DNA from: Candidatus Diapherotrites archaeon CG10_big_fil_rev_8_21_14_0_10_31_34 | GTDB lineage: Archaea > Iainarchaeota > Iainarchaeia > Iainarchaeales > 1-14-0-10-31-34 | Assembly (NCBI GenBank): GCA_002763225.1 | Contig: PFAI01000025.1 | Span: forward strand, 9,839 to 36,119 | Length of the DNA stretch: 26,281 bases | Direction of reading: 5' to 3' | Part shown: piece by piece, positions 8,653-16,564 of the stretch | Layout of the letters: each line of letters starts with the position of its first letter | Numbering within the stretch: the first letter of the stretch is position 1 | Notes under the pieces: generated by a model | Database searches by the model: none | What the model was told of the DNA's origin: nothing | Seen by the model: the letters and a program-made list of their open reading frames with translations, nothing else | Program-made: the position numbers and the translations under genes

Positions 8653-9660
8653 TTTTGCTTCAAGAACTTTGTGTTCTTTTCCTTCAGCCAAAATTTCACA
8701 GTTCCCAAAAACTTCTTTTAATTCTTTCTCCAAAAAAACTGCTTTATTCAAAACTAAAACGATTCTCCCGTTTTTTTCTAAAAACTTTTTTGAATCCAAA
8801 ACAAATTTTTCCAAAAACTCTCTTTTTTCGTGCGTAGGAGGATTAGATGCAATTAAATCAAATTTTTCTTTAATGTTTTGAAATCCATCTGAAACCAACA
8901 CTTTAACATTATTCACTTTATTTAATCCTGCATTCTTTTTAGTTAATTCAACTGAAGTTAAATCAGAGTCAATCATTAAAACTTTTGTTAAAGGATTTTC
9001 TTTTGCCAGAATTATTCCAATAACCCCGATTCCACAACCAAAATCCAGTACTTTTTTTTCTTTTATTTTTTCAAGGTTTTCAAGCAAAAATTTTGTTCCG
9101 TCATCAATTTTGTTTTTAGAGAAAACTCCTGAAGAAGAATTAAATGAATAAAAATTGTTTCTGAAAGAAAAATCAAAAACCTTTTCTGATTCTTTTTTTG
9201 GAATAATTTTTTTTGTTTTCTCTGAAACAATTAATCTTAATCCTCCTTTAACTGAAACGGTTTTTGCATTGCCAAAAATCTGGTTCATTTCTTCTGCTGT
9301 TTTTTTTGCTCCTCTGGATGTTTTTCCAATAAAATAAATTTTTCCTTTTTTTTGGGTTTTTTCTCCTGCGATTTCAAGTAATTGAATTGTTTTTTCTGTT
9401 CCAAGAAAATCTTCGTGGAATACAACAGAAAAATCAAATTCTTCTTTTATTTCTTTAAAAGAGTTAACCAGCAAAACCACTAAATTCTTGTTTTGAATTG
9501 TTTTTTCAACTAAATTTTTCTGGTTTAATTTAGTTAAAACAAATACAACTAAATTTTTTTCTGAAAAGAATTCTAATGCCTCCAAATCTGTTTTGCCTAA
9601 AAAAAGGATTTTTCCTTTTTCCATTATTTTTTTCAGTAATTTTATCTTTTGTTTTTGCAT
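8644..9660 (-). CDS. Class I SAM methyltransferase, RsmC/RlmG-like (MTS domain)
   Basis: GVFSKNKIDDGTKFLL, LDFGCGIG, SDGF, SNPPTH, with a duplicated degenerate N-terminal half. Confidence 0.82.
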   Translation of the reverse strand: MQKQKIKLLKKIMEKGKILFLGKTDLEALEFFSEKNLVVFVLTKLNQKNLVEKTIQNKNLVVLLVNSFKEIKEEFDFSVVFHEDFLGTEKTIQLLEIAGEKTQKKGKIYFIGKTSRGAKKTAEEMNQIFGNAKTVSVKGGLRLIVSEKTKKIIPKKESEKVFDFSFRNNFYSFNSSSGVFSKNKIDDGTKFLLENLEKIKEKKVLDFGCGIGVIGIILAKENPLTKVLMIDSDLTSVELTKKNAGLNKVNNVKVLVSDGFQNIKEKFDLIASNPPTHEKREFLEKFVLDSKKFLEKNGRIVLVLNKAVFLEKELKEVFGNCEILAEGKEHKVLEAKSN

Positions 9661-9681
9661 TACCTATGTTTTGGCTAAACC

Positions 9682-9699
9682 AAAATATATATATATTTT
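9682..9699. promoter_or_regulatory. Palindromic TA-rich tract, probably a shared TATA region for two divergent genes
   Basis: AAAATATATATATATTTT, a perfect palindrome between the starts at 9660(-) and 9737(+). Confidence 0.45.
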
Positions 9700-9736
9700 T
9701 TTGAATAGAACTTGTTGTTACTTTGGAGTGATTATA

Positions 9737-10273
9737 ATGGTTTTTGAGTTTTTGGTAGTATTAATTGTTTCTTTGATTTTTGGTAATGGCTTGCTTTATT
9801 TAACTGGCCCGAAAGAAAAAACAGGTTTAGTGTCATTAAAAGAGCAGATTCAGGAAGAAAAAGAAGAAAAATCACAAACAGAAGAACCAAATGTATCTGA
9901 TTTATCAGGCAATGTTTTTGTTGATGAAGTTTATTCAGTTCAGGCTTCTTTGAGAAGTGTAAATGAAAAAATTAAACTGGCTCATGAGAGAATTAATGAT
10001 TTAGAAGCTTCCTTGCAGTCAATTAACTCTGTTTTAATTTCTTCTAAACCTGAAACCCCTTTTGCCGTGGACGAAAAAATAAAGAATTTAGATAATTTCA
10101 GGAGAAACACTAAAATCGAATTAGAAGCAATAAAAAAACTTTTAAAACAGTTAAAAGAATTCAGGAAAATTAAAGGCAAAAAAACTCCTTTAACTAAAAA
10201 TAAAGAACAAGAATTAAATAAACGCATTCATGAACTGGTTTTTAACACTAAGAAAGAGGACCAGAATTTCTAA
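9737..10273 (+). CDS. Hypothetical protein, N-terminal TM plus coiled coil (start re-called at ATG 9737)
   Basis: SD-like GGAGTG before the ATG; hydrophobic N-terminus; heptad-like body. Confidence 0.65.
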   Translation: MVFEFLVVLIVSLIFGNGLLYLTGPKEKTGLVSLKEQIQEEKEEKSQTEEPNVSDLSGNVFVDEVYSVQASLRSVNEKIKLAHERINDLEASLQSINSVLISSKPETPFAVDEKIKNLDNFRRNTKIELEAIKKLLKQLKEFRKIKGKKTPLTKNKEQELNKRIHELVFNTKKEDQNF

Positions 10274-10300
10274 ACTGGTTTTTAACATCAAAAAAGAAGA
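10233..10300 (+). repeat. Imperfect 28-bp direct repeat (24/28 identical), period 40 bp, duplicating the gene 3' end
   Basis: AACTGGTTTTTAACACTAAGAAAGAGGA (10233) versus AACTGGTTTTTAACATCAAAAAAGAAGA (10273). Confidence 0.75.
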
Positions 10301-10339
10301 TTAAATCTGTTTTTATTGTTTTTTATTGACTTTTTTTTT

Positions 10340-10909
10340 ATGGAAAAAACTGTTTCAATGGTAATTGCGTGCCCTAATTGCAAAGGCAAAGCAGTTATGA
10401 CTGAATCAATTATTGAAATTCCTTATTTTGGTAAAACCTTGTTTTCGAATTTACGTTGTCAGGAATGCAGTTTTAATTTAAATGATATTTCATCTGATTC
10501 AGAGAAACCTCCAACCCGTTTTTCAGTGAAAATTTCTTCAGAAAAAGATTTAACAACAAAAATAGTGAAATCAAGCAGTTCAACAGTTAAAATTCCTGAA
10601 TTAGGCGTCAGAATTGAACCGGCTCCTGCTTCTGAAGGATATTTTACTAATATTGAAGGTTTATTAAATAAAATTCTGGATTCGTTTTCTTTTACTTATT
10701 TTGAAGAAGAAGAAAAAGATGCAAAAAAACTAAAAGAAAAACTAATCAAGCAAATTGAGCAGGCAAAAACTGCAAAATTTTTTTTCACTGTAATTGTTGA
10801 AGACCCTTTTGGAAACGGAGCATTAATTTCAGATAAAGCAAAAAAAGAAAAATTAAATGAAAAAGAAGTTTTTGAATTAAAAAAAAGAATGAGTTTTTTA
10901 GGACACTGA
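10340..10909 (+). CDS. ZPR1 zinc-finger protein (archaeal)
   Basis: CPNC...IPYFG...CQEC, IPELGVRIEP, TNIEGLL, VEDPFGN. Confidence 0.92.
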   Translation: MEKTVSMVIACPNCKGKAVMTESIIEIPYFGKTLFSNLRCQECSFNLNDISSDSEKPPTRFSVKISSEKDLTTKIVKSSSSTVKIPELGVRIEPAPASEGYFTNIEGLLNKILDSFSFTYFEEEEKDAKKLKEKLIKQIEQAKTAKFFFTVIVEDPFGNGALISDKAKKEKLNEKEVFELKKRMSFLGH

Positions 10910-11584
10910 TTTTGTTTTCCAACTTTTCCTTGTTTTTTTGTCTTTAGAATTTTCCCTGAACCTTTTTGAAATAACGCTTGCCGCGCCAATAACTGGTTCC
11001 AAGTCATCGCCTTTAACTAAAAAATTTCCTTTTTTGACTCCATTCAATTTACTTCCATCAATTAACACTTCACTTGTTTCTTTTATTTCATCAAAAAATT
11101 TTGTTATTGAATTAATTGCTTTTATTTCAATTGAATTCATTGTTTCTCCTTTTTCTCTTAATTCATCAATATACTCTGAATTCAAAGAAAAAATTATATG
11201 GCATTTAGAGTTTTCTGAAGCAATTTTGCTTTTTTCTTTTATGTTTTTTGTTTTTTTGCTGTCCCTTAACTCCAACAGTTTTTTGTTTTCCCCTAACACA
11301 GCTGTAATTACAAATGGCCCGGTTAATTCTCCTCTACCAGTTTCATCTATTCCGACAATTGTTTTGCTTTTAACTTTAATTATTCTGATTAATTCTTCTG
11401 CTATTTTATTGCAGTCTTTTCCTTGAATCATTAATTTTCCTGAAGAATAAAGCGTTACAGTTGAATCATCTATTTTCACTCTTTTTTCTTCGAACTGGCT
11501 GTTTACTTTTTTTTCTTCAAACTTTTTTAAAACTTCAATTATTTGTTTTTTTTCTTTTGAACTGAAATTCAATACTTTCTGCAT
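10898..11584 (-). CDS. Type 2 ribonuclease H with RNase HIII-like N-terminal domain
   Basis: VTLYSSGKLMIQG N-domain; catalytic GIDETGRG, RDSKK, IDG, KGDD, IGAASVIS. Confidence 0.8.
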   Translation of the reverse strand: MQKVLNFSSKEKKQIIEVLKKFEEKKVNSQFEEKRVKIDDSTVTLYSSGKLMIQGKDCNKIAEELIRIIKVKSKTIVGIDETGRGELTGPFVITAVLGENKKLLELRDSKKTKNIKEKSKIASENSKCHIIFSLNSEYIDELREKGETMNSIEIKAINSITKFFDEIKETSEVLIDGSKLNGVKKGNFLVKGDDLEPVIGAASVISKRFRENSKDKKTRKSWKTKSVS

Positions 11585-11642
11585 TTTTTGTCACGCCATT
11601 AAATATTAAACTCTAATGCAATATAATTCTTTTTGTTTGAAT

Positions 11643-11849
11643 ATGATTCTTAAATGCGCTGTCTGCGAAAAAGAATTTGGAAAAATAAACGATAAAATAG
11701 TTTTATGCAGATACAAAGAAGGAATAGTTCATCAAAACTGTTGTGTAAAACATTGTTCTGTTGACGGAAAACCCTGCAGACATTCAATGGGAATTTTTCG
11801 CAGAAGCAAATTTAAGGAAGAAGAATTTTGGAATGAAAAAAGTGATTAA
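11643..11849 (+). CDS. Small Cys/His-rich zinc-finger-like protein
   Basis: CAVC...C...HQNCCVKHC...CRH; start at ATG 11643 or 11616. Confidence 0.6.
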   Translation: MILKCAVCEKEFGKINDKIVLCRYKEGIVHQNCCVKHCSVDGKPCRHSMGIFRRSKFKEEEFWNEKSD

Positions 11850-12074
11850 ATGATTTCAGAAATAGCTTATGCTGTATTTTTATCTAAACCGTCAATTTTC
11901 TGGCTTGGAATAATAACTTATACTGCATTTGTTTTCGCTGCATTGATTTCAGTTTTAAATGCCAGAGGAAAAAGAATTTTCCCGTTTAAATGGCATTCAA
12001 GAATGGCTTACATTGCTTTGGCTTTAGCAATCTTGCATGGAATCCTTGGTTTAAGCGTTTACTTTAATTTTTGA
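11850..12074 (+). CDS. Small two-TM membrane protein with two His (possible heme-b ligands)
   Basis: Two hydrophobic helices; WHSRMAY...AILHG. Confidence 0.6.
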   Translation: MISEIAYAVFLSKPSIFWLGIITYTAFVFAALISVLNARGKRIFPFKWHSRMAYIALALAILHGILGLSVYFNF

Positions 12075-12146
12075 TTTTTTGTTTTTGTAAATTTTATAGA
12101 AACATATTTATTCTTTTTGCTTTTTGTTATTAAAAGGTAAACTAAA

Positions 12147-12893
12147 ATGTTATTTGAAAATAAAACTATTGTTGTGACCGGTTCAGCTAAAGGGATAGGA
12201 AAAGAAATTGCGCTTCAGTTCGGAAAAGAGAAAGCAAATGTCGTGGTAAGCGATTTAAGCAAAGAAGACTGTATTAAAACAGTTAAAGAAATACTTTCTT
12301 TTGGGGGGAAAGCCATTTCAGTTAAATGTGATGTTTCAGATAAAATTCAAGTCAAGGCATTAATTGGTTCTGCAGTCAAAGAATTCAATTCAATTGATGT
12401 TCTGGTTAATAATGCAGGAATTTATCCTTTTGCTTCTTTTCAAGAAATGACAGAAAAACAATGGGACAAAGTAATTGACATTAATTTAAAGGGAACTTTC
12501 TTGTGTTCAAGGGAAGCAGCAAAACAAATGATAAAACAAGGAAAAGGCGGAAAAATAATCAATATTTCTTCTGTTGCAGGAATTCTTGGTTTTTGTTCGC
12601 TGGCTCATTATTGTGCATCCAAAGGAGGAGTTAATGCTTTTACTAGGGCTTTAGCTTTAGAGCTGGCTCAATTCAAAATAAATGTTAATGCTGTTGGCCC
12701 CGGTCCGATTAAAACACCAGGAATAGGTAACCTTGACGAAAAAATATTAAAGGGAATTATTGATTCAGTTCCTTGGGGGAGAATAGGAGAACCAGCAGAC
12801 ATAGCTAATGCAATTTTGTTTCTTGCTTCAGATAAAGCCGATTTTATTACAGGGCAAGTACTTGAAGTTGACGGCGGAATGACAATAAAATAA
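12147..12893 (+). CDS. SDR-family NAD(P)-dependent oxidoreductase (FabG-like)
   Basis: TGSAKGIG, NNAG, catalytic S and YCASK, FITGQ..VDGG. Confidence 0.95.
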   Translation: MLFENKTIVVTGSAKGIGKEIALQFGKEKANVVVSDLSKEDCIKTVKEILSFGGKAISVKCDVSDKIQVKALIGSAVKEFNSIDVLVNNAGIYPFASFQEMTEKQWDKVIDINLKGTFLCSREAAKQMIKQGKGGKIINISSVAGILGFCSLAHYCASKGGVNAFTRALALELAQFKINVNAVGPGPIKTPGIGNLDEKILKGIIDSVPWGRIGEPADIANAILFLASDKADFITGQVLEVDGGMTIK

Positions 12894-12898
12894 TGTTT

Positions 12899-13285
12899 TT
12901 ATTGCAGGTTGCCGATGAAATAATTTTCCCTTAAAGTTCTTGCATTATCTGAATGAGGGGTTCCAGAACCCATTGACCTGTTTTCAAATAATTCTGTTGC
13001 GTCTTTACCGCATCCTTCAAGAATTGCGGTTCCTCCAGGATGAGACGGAATGAATTCAGTTACATCAAAAACTTTTCCGCTTAAAACAAGCCAGCAGTCA
13101 TCTGCATTATTATGTTTTGCTATCTCGCTTAAAGAAAAAGTTTTTGGTGCAGAACCATTATCTGAATTATCTTTTGTTCTGTTTTGATTATCTGCTGCTC
13201 CGTTGTTTTTAACTGGTTCCAACTGAGTGCAGCCAGAAACTAAAATTATTACAAGTATTCCGGCTAAAATTATTTTGTTTTTCAT
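12899..13285 (-). CDS. Cytochrome b5-like heme-binding lipoprotein (start re-called at ATG 13285)
   Basis: Lipobox-like LVSGC; HNNADDCW, VFDVTEF..HPGG, GKDAT, PHS. Confidence 0.88.
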   Translation of the reverse strand: MKNKIILAGILVIILVSGCTQLEPVKNNGAADNQNRTKDNSDNGSAPKTFSLSEIAKHNNADDCWLVLSGKVFDVTEFIPSHPGGTAILEGCGKDATELFENRSMGSGTPHSDNARTLRENYFIGNLQ

Positions 13286-13301
13286 AAATTTTTCTTCCAA
13301 A

Positions 13302-13661
13302 TTAATTTTTACAGTCAACGCAGTCAATTCCTTTGCATAATGCATTATGGTTTTTCCATTTAATTGCCCATTCTTTTATTTCTTTTATTACTTTAATGAA
13401 ATCTTTCCCGCTTTCAGTTAAAGAATACTCTGATTTAATAGGAAAAGTTTTAGCGGAAATCTTTTTTTTAATCAAGCCGCTTTTTTCTAAATTCTTTAAT
13501 CGAATAGAAAGCGATCTTGGATTAACGTTATTCAGATTGCGTCTGATTTCAGAATACCTTTTAGGCTTAAGTTTGTTTTTGCATAACTGGACTAAAATCT
13601 CTAAAGACCATTTTTTTCCAATCAGGCCGGCCGCAACAAAAACAGGGCATTTTTTGTTCAT
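13302..13661 (-). CDS. HxlR-family winged-HTH regulator with Cys-rich C-terminal tail
   Basis: N-terminal CPV...IGKKWS, LSIRLKNLE, EYSLTESG; tail CKGIDCVDC. Confidence 0.88.
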   Translation of the reverse strand: MNKKCPVFVAAGLIGKKWSLEILVQLCKNKLKPKRYSEIRRNLNNVNPRSLSIRLKNLEKSGLIKKKISAKTFPIKSEYSLTESGKDFIKVIKEIKEWAIKWKNHNALCKGIDCVDCKN

Positions 13662-13692
13662 AATTAATAAAGAAACAGAAACATTATATATT

Positions 13693-13728
13693 TAACTATG
13701 GTTTTTATAGTTAGTATACTTTATACTA
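13693..13728. promoter_or_regulatory. Two overlapping inverted repeats upstream of the hxlR-like gene (candidate operator)
   Basis: TAACTAT-N7-ATAGTTA (13693..13713) and TAGTATA-N3-TATACTA (13712..13728). Confidence 0.45.
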
Positions 13729-13791
13729 TTAATAGAAATTAGAAAAACAATAATAAATAAAATGGTAAAAAAGAAACAGGATCAGAGGATG

Positions 13792-14067
13792 TCAGCATCC
13801 TCCAACCATGTCCGGAGCATTACTTAATTTGTCCAGAATTTCCTGATCAGTTTGTTTGGCATTATTTGAACTTGTATTGTCTGTATTGCCTGACAAAACT
13901 ACTGTTTGTTGCGGTGCTTTTTCAAATGAAGCAATTTTTCCGCTTAATTCATTTAACTGAACTGCAGAAACAACTGAAACCACAAAAAGTATTGCGACAA
14001 AAACAAGCAACAAATTGTCAAACCCCAGTATGCCTGGCTTTGATTTATCTGGTTTTGTTTCGCTCAT
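13792..14067 (-). CDS. Small single-TM protein ending in PDMVGGC
   Basis: One TM and a low-complexity linker; SD AGGAGGT (14075..14081) 7 nt upstream; C-terminal motif shared with the neighbouring gene. Confidence 0.8.
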   Translation of the reverse strand: MSETKPDKSKPGILGFDNLLLVFVAILFVVSVVSAVQLNELSGKIASFEKAPQQTVVLSGNTDNTSSNNAKQTDQEILDKLSNAPDMVGGC

Positions 14068-14068
14068 T

Positions 14069-14779
14069 TTAACAACCTCCTACCATGTCTGGTACACTTT
14101 CATTGACTTGATTTAAAAGGTCTTCATTGTAAGTCCCTTCTTGTGCAGCCAATTCTAATGCTCTTTTAGTCATCTGTTTAGGGAAAAACAATGTTTTCCA
14201 TTTAACTAATTCATTTAATATTTCCTGGTCTGTGTAATTGTCTGCGTGATTCTGCAAAAGATATTTTGCTAATCCTCTCATTGCATAAGAATGAGCGCAA
14301 CCGCATGCAGCTTTTCCGTCAGGAAAAGTAATTGCTTTTGCTCCGCAGCAAAACTCGCAGGAAATGCTTGTAGTTACTTTAATGTATCTTTCCTGCAGTT
14401 CTCCTTCAAGAGAAATTGCATTATCGAACTTTCCTAATACTGCTATTCCTGCAACCGGTTCATCATAACTTACTCCTAATTCAGTTCCATAATATTCCGG
14501 AATTCCTGACGGAATTATATCTGAAAGAGAAATTTGTTTTGAACCAGTATTTGCAGGCTGGTTGACTGATAAATTTGCTGTACTGCTCAAGGGATTGTTT
14601 GCTGTAATTGGATTGGTTGAAAAAGTTTTGTCTTCAAGAACCGAGGACAGTGAAGTCCCTAGGGAAATATTGTAAACCTGGACTAAAGCAACTAAAACAA
14701 TTAAACCAACAGTAAAATACTGTAAAATATTCATTTTTTTTGATTTATTTATTTCTTTTATTTGCTCTGTTTGCGTCAT
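14069..14779 (-). CDS. Single-TM protein with CEFCC...CGCAH Cys cluster, ending in PDMVGGC
   Basis: Strong SD AGGAGGT upstream; TM; SCEFCCGA and ACGCAHS motifs. Confidence 0.85.
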   Translation of the reverse strand: MTQTEQIKEINKSKKMNILQYFTVGLIVLVALVQVYNISLGTSLSSVLEDKTFSTNPITANNPLSSTANLSVNQPANTGSKQISLSDIIPSGIPEYYGTELGVSYDEPVAGIAVLGKFDNAISLEGELQERYIKVTTSISCEFCCGAKAITFPDGKAACGCAHSYAMRGLAKYLLQNHADNYTDQEILNELVKWKTLFFPKQMTKRALELAAQEGTYNEDLLNQVNESVPDMVGGC

Positions 14780-14802
14780 TTATTTTACCTCCTATTAAAA
14801 GA

Positions 14803-14821
14803 TTTACAAAAGATGTAAAGC
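14803..14821. promoter_or_regulatory. Candidate BlaI/CopY-type operator, copy 1 (TTTACA-N5-TGTAAAGC)
   Basis: TTTACAAAAGATGTAAAGC, between TTTATAAA (14828..14835) and the SD of the PDMVGGC operon. Confidence 0.7.
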
Positions 14822-14879
14822 AACACATTTATAAACATATTTTAATATGGTTAGTTAGGCAGGATAATTAAGTGGTAAA

Positions 14880-15242
14880 ATGGAACTGCATAAAATTGAT
14901 TTTGAAAAAAAAGGGCTTAATTCTTTAGTGGGCAAACTTGAATCAGACATAATGGATAGTTTGTGGGAAAAAAAGAAAGCTACCTGCAGGGAAGTGTTTG
15001 ATGCAGTAGATAAAAAAAACGATGTAGCTTATACTACAATTACTGTTACAATGGACAGAATGCATTCAAAAGGATTAATTGAAAGAAAAATACATAAAGG
15101 AAAAGGCGGGTTAATTTACACTTATTCCCCTAAATACAGCAGAATGGAATTAAGCGAGGAAGTGTCAGATAAATTTGTTTCTTTTCTGAAAGACACTTTT
15201 GGAAGTTCTTCTGTTGCCTACCTGAGGAAAAAACTGAAATAA
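14880..15242 (+). CDS. BlaI/MecI/CopY-family transcriptional repressor
   Basis: GKLESDIMDSLW, VAYTTITVTMDRMHSKGLIER, YTYSP. Confidence 0.9.
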   Translation: MELHKIDFEKKGLNSLVGKLESDIMDSLWEKKKATCREVFDAVDKKNDVAYTTITVTMDRMHSKGLIERKIHKGKGGLIYTYSPKYSRMELSEEVSDKFVSFLKDTFGSSSVAYLRKKLK

Positions 15243-15250
15243 GGATTTAA

Positions 15251-15967
15251 ATGGTTGAAACTGTTTCAGCAGTGGATTGTGCTGTTCAATGCGTAGCAGG
15301 ACAAAATCCTTTCTTAATGTACTTCAATTATTTTCTTATTGGATTAATTTTAATTTCAATTCTTGTTCTTGTTTTAATCAGAAAAAAGCTTTCAATTAAA
15401 CAATCTCTTTTTGTTAAGGCAGTTCTTTCAACTTCAATTATCCTGCTTTTATTAATTCTTGCTTTTGCAAACTCTCATTATCAGACAGTTTTCCATACGG
15501 CTCATCTGGCTGCATTATTTTCTGCAGGCCTGTTTTTTGTAGTATCCTATATTTTTTCCCCTTTGCTGATGCAGATTGGACTGACAAAAACAAAAGATGA
15601 AAGAGTTGAAAAAATAACAAAAGAAGAATCAGTAAAACTCTCAATATTAAACCCTGAAATAATTGTTTTTGTAAATGCTGAACCAAATGCTTTTGTTGTT
15701 TCAGGATATAAAAAAATAATTTTTATTTCAACAGGGTTAATTGATTTGTTGAATGAAAAAGAATTAAGGGCAGTAATAAAACATGAGTTAATGCATTTGA
15801 AAAGCTCTTTCTTTAATATTAAAAGATTTTTTTCTTCAGTCAGGGCAGGCACTTTTGGTCTGCTTCCAATTCACTTTGAAGAACTTGATATTCTTGAAGA
15901 AATAAAACTTGACAGGAAAATGGGAAAAGAAACAGAAGTTCTGGATAAGGCAAGAGAAAAACTCTGA
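15251..15967 (+). CDS. Membrane zinc metallopeptidase, M48/M56 (BlaR1-like) without a penicillin-binding domain
   Basis: Three TMs, PNAFV, ISTGL..LL..ELRAVIKHELMH (HExxH); adjacent to the blaI-like gene. Confidence 0.82.
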   Translation: MVETVSAVDCAVQCVAGQNPFLMYFNYFLIGLILISILVLVLIRKKLSIKQSLFVKAVLSTSIILLLLILAFANSHYQTVFHTAHLAALFSAGLFFVVSYIFSPLLMQIGLTKTKDERVEKITKEESVKLSILNPEIIVFVNAEPNAFVVSGYKKIIFISTGLIDLLNEKELRAVIKHELMHLKSSFFNIKRFFSSVRAGTFGLLPIHFEELDILEEIKLDRKMGKETEVLDKAREKL

Positions 15968-15993
15968 AGCAGTTTCCTTTAAAAACTTATTGT

Positions 15994-16014
15994 GCTTTAC
16001 AAATAATGTAAAGC
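15994..16014. promoter_or_regulatory. Candidate BlaI/CopY-type operator, copy 2
   Basis: GCTTTACA-AATAA-TGTAAAGC with perfect 8-bp arms, just downstream of TTTAAAAA and upstream of SD GGAGG. Confidence 0.72.
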
Positions 16015-16040
16015 TTTAATCGGCTTATGGAGGTTTTTTT

Positions 16041-16403
16041 ATGGACTTGTTTAAAACAGCAGTTATTTCACTTTTTGTTGTTGCACTGATTGGAGTAATT
16101 TCAGTTTCAGTTGCCGCGCATTTATCAGGGGATTCTGTTGAAGCCAATTCAGTTGATTCTTCTGATGCAGATTTTTTTGCTGAAATGCAGGCAATGCATG
16201 GCGGAAATTTTGAGGAATTTCATCAGAATCTTTTAGGAGACAACTGGAAAGAAGAAATGCAGGCAATGCACGAAGCAATGGCTGAAGGAAACTTTGATGA
16301 AATGGCTGAACACTGCCCTTTGATGAAAGGATTGGGTAACAAAGAAGAAATTCAGGGCAACACTGGAGAAATAGATGAGCCAATGCAGGGAATGATGCAA
16401 TAA
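16041..16403 (+). CDS. Secreted/anchored Met/His-rich putative copper-binding protein with EMQAMH repeats
   Basis: Signal peptide; EMQAMH twice (17-bp DNA repeat at 16182 and 16254); EMAEHCPLM; MQGMMQ. Confidence 0.75.
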   Translation: MDLFKTAVISLFVVALIGVISVSVAAHLSGDSVEANSVDSSDADFFAEMQAMHGGNFEEFHQNLLGDNWKEEMQAMHEAMAEGNFDEMAEHCPLMKGLGNKEEIQGNTGEIDEPMQGMMQ

Positions 16404-16418
16404 AAATATTTTATCTGG

Positions 16419-16495
16419 AAAGCCGTTAATTTTTTTCATTGAATCTTTCTTGAGTACCCCTCTAAATTGTGTTCAGGAAATTGATTTACGGCTTT
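16419..16495 (+). other. Long intercistronic hairpin followed by a pyrimidine tract (terminator, attenuator or processing site)
   Basis: AAAGCCGT/ACGGCTTT outer stem; 12-bp TTTCTTGAGTAC/GTGTTCAGGAAA inner stem whose G-U pairs work only on +. Confidence 0.5.
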
Positions 16496-16564
16496 TCCCC
16501 TCTTTTAGTTTTAATAAAATAAAAAAAGTTAATAACCAAAACAAATATTGACTAGGTGGGGTAA

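Noticed and set aside
13792..13797. Cys-TGA endings (MVGGC-TGA here, CEFC-TGA at 18942..18947) as selenocysteine read-through
   Set aside because: The paralogous tail ends TGT-TAA at the same position, no SECIS was recognised, and TGA is an ordinary stop in other genes here.
16182..16270. 17-bp direct repeat as a CRISPR-like or att repeat
   Set aside because: Only two copies, in frame, encoding EMQAMH; no CRISPR array is visible in the window.
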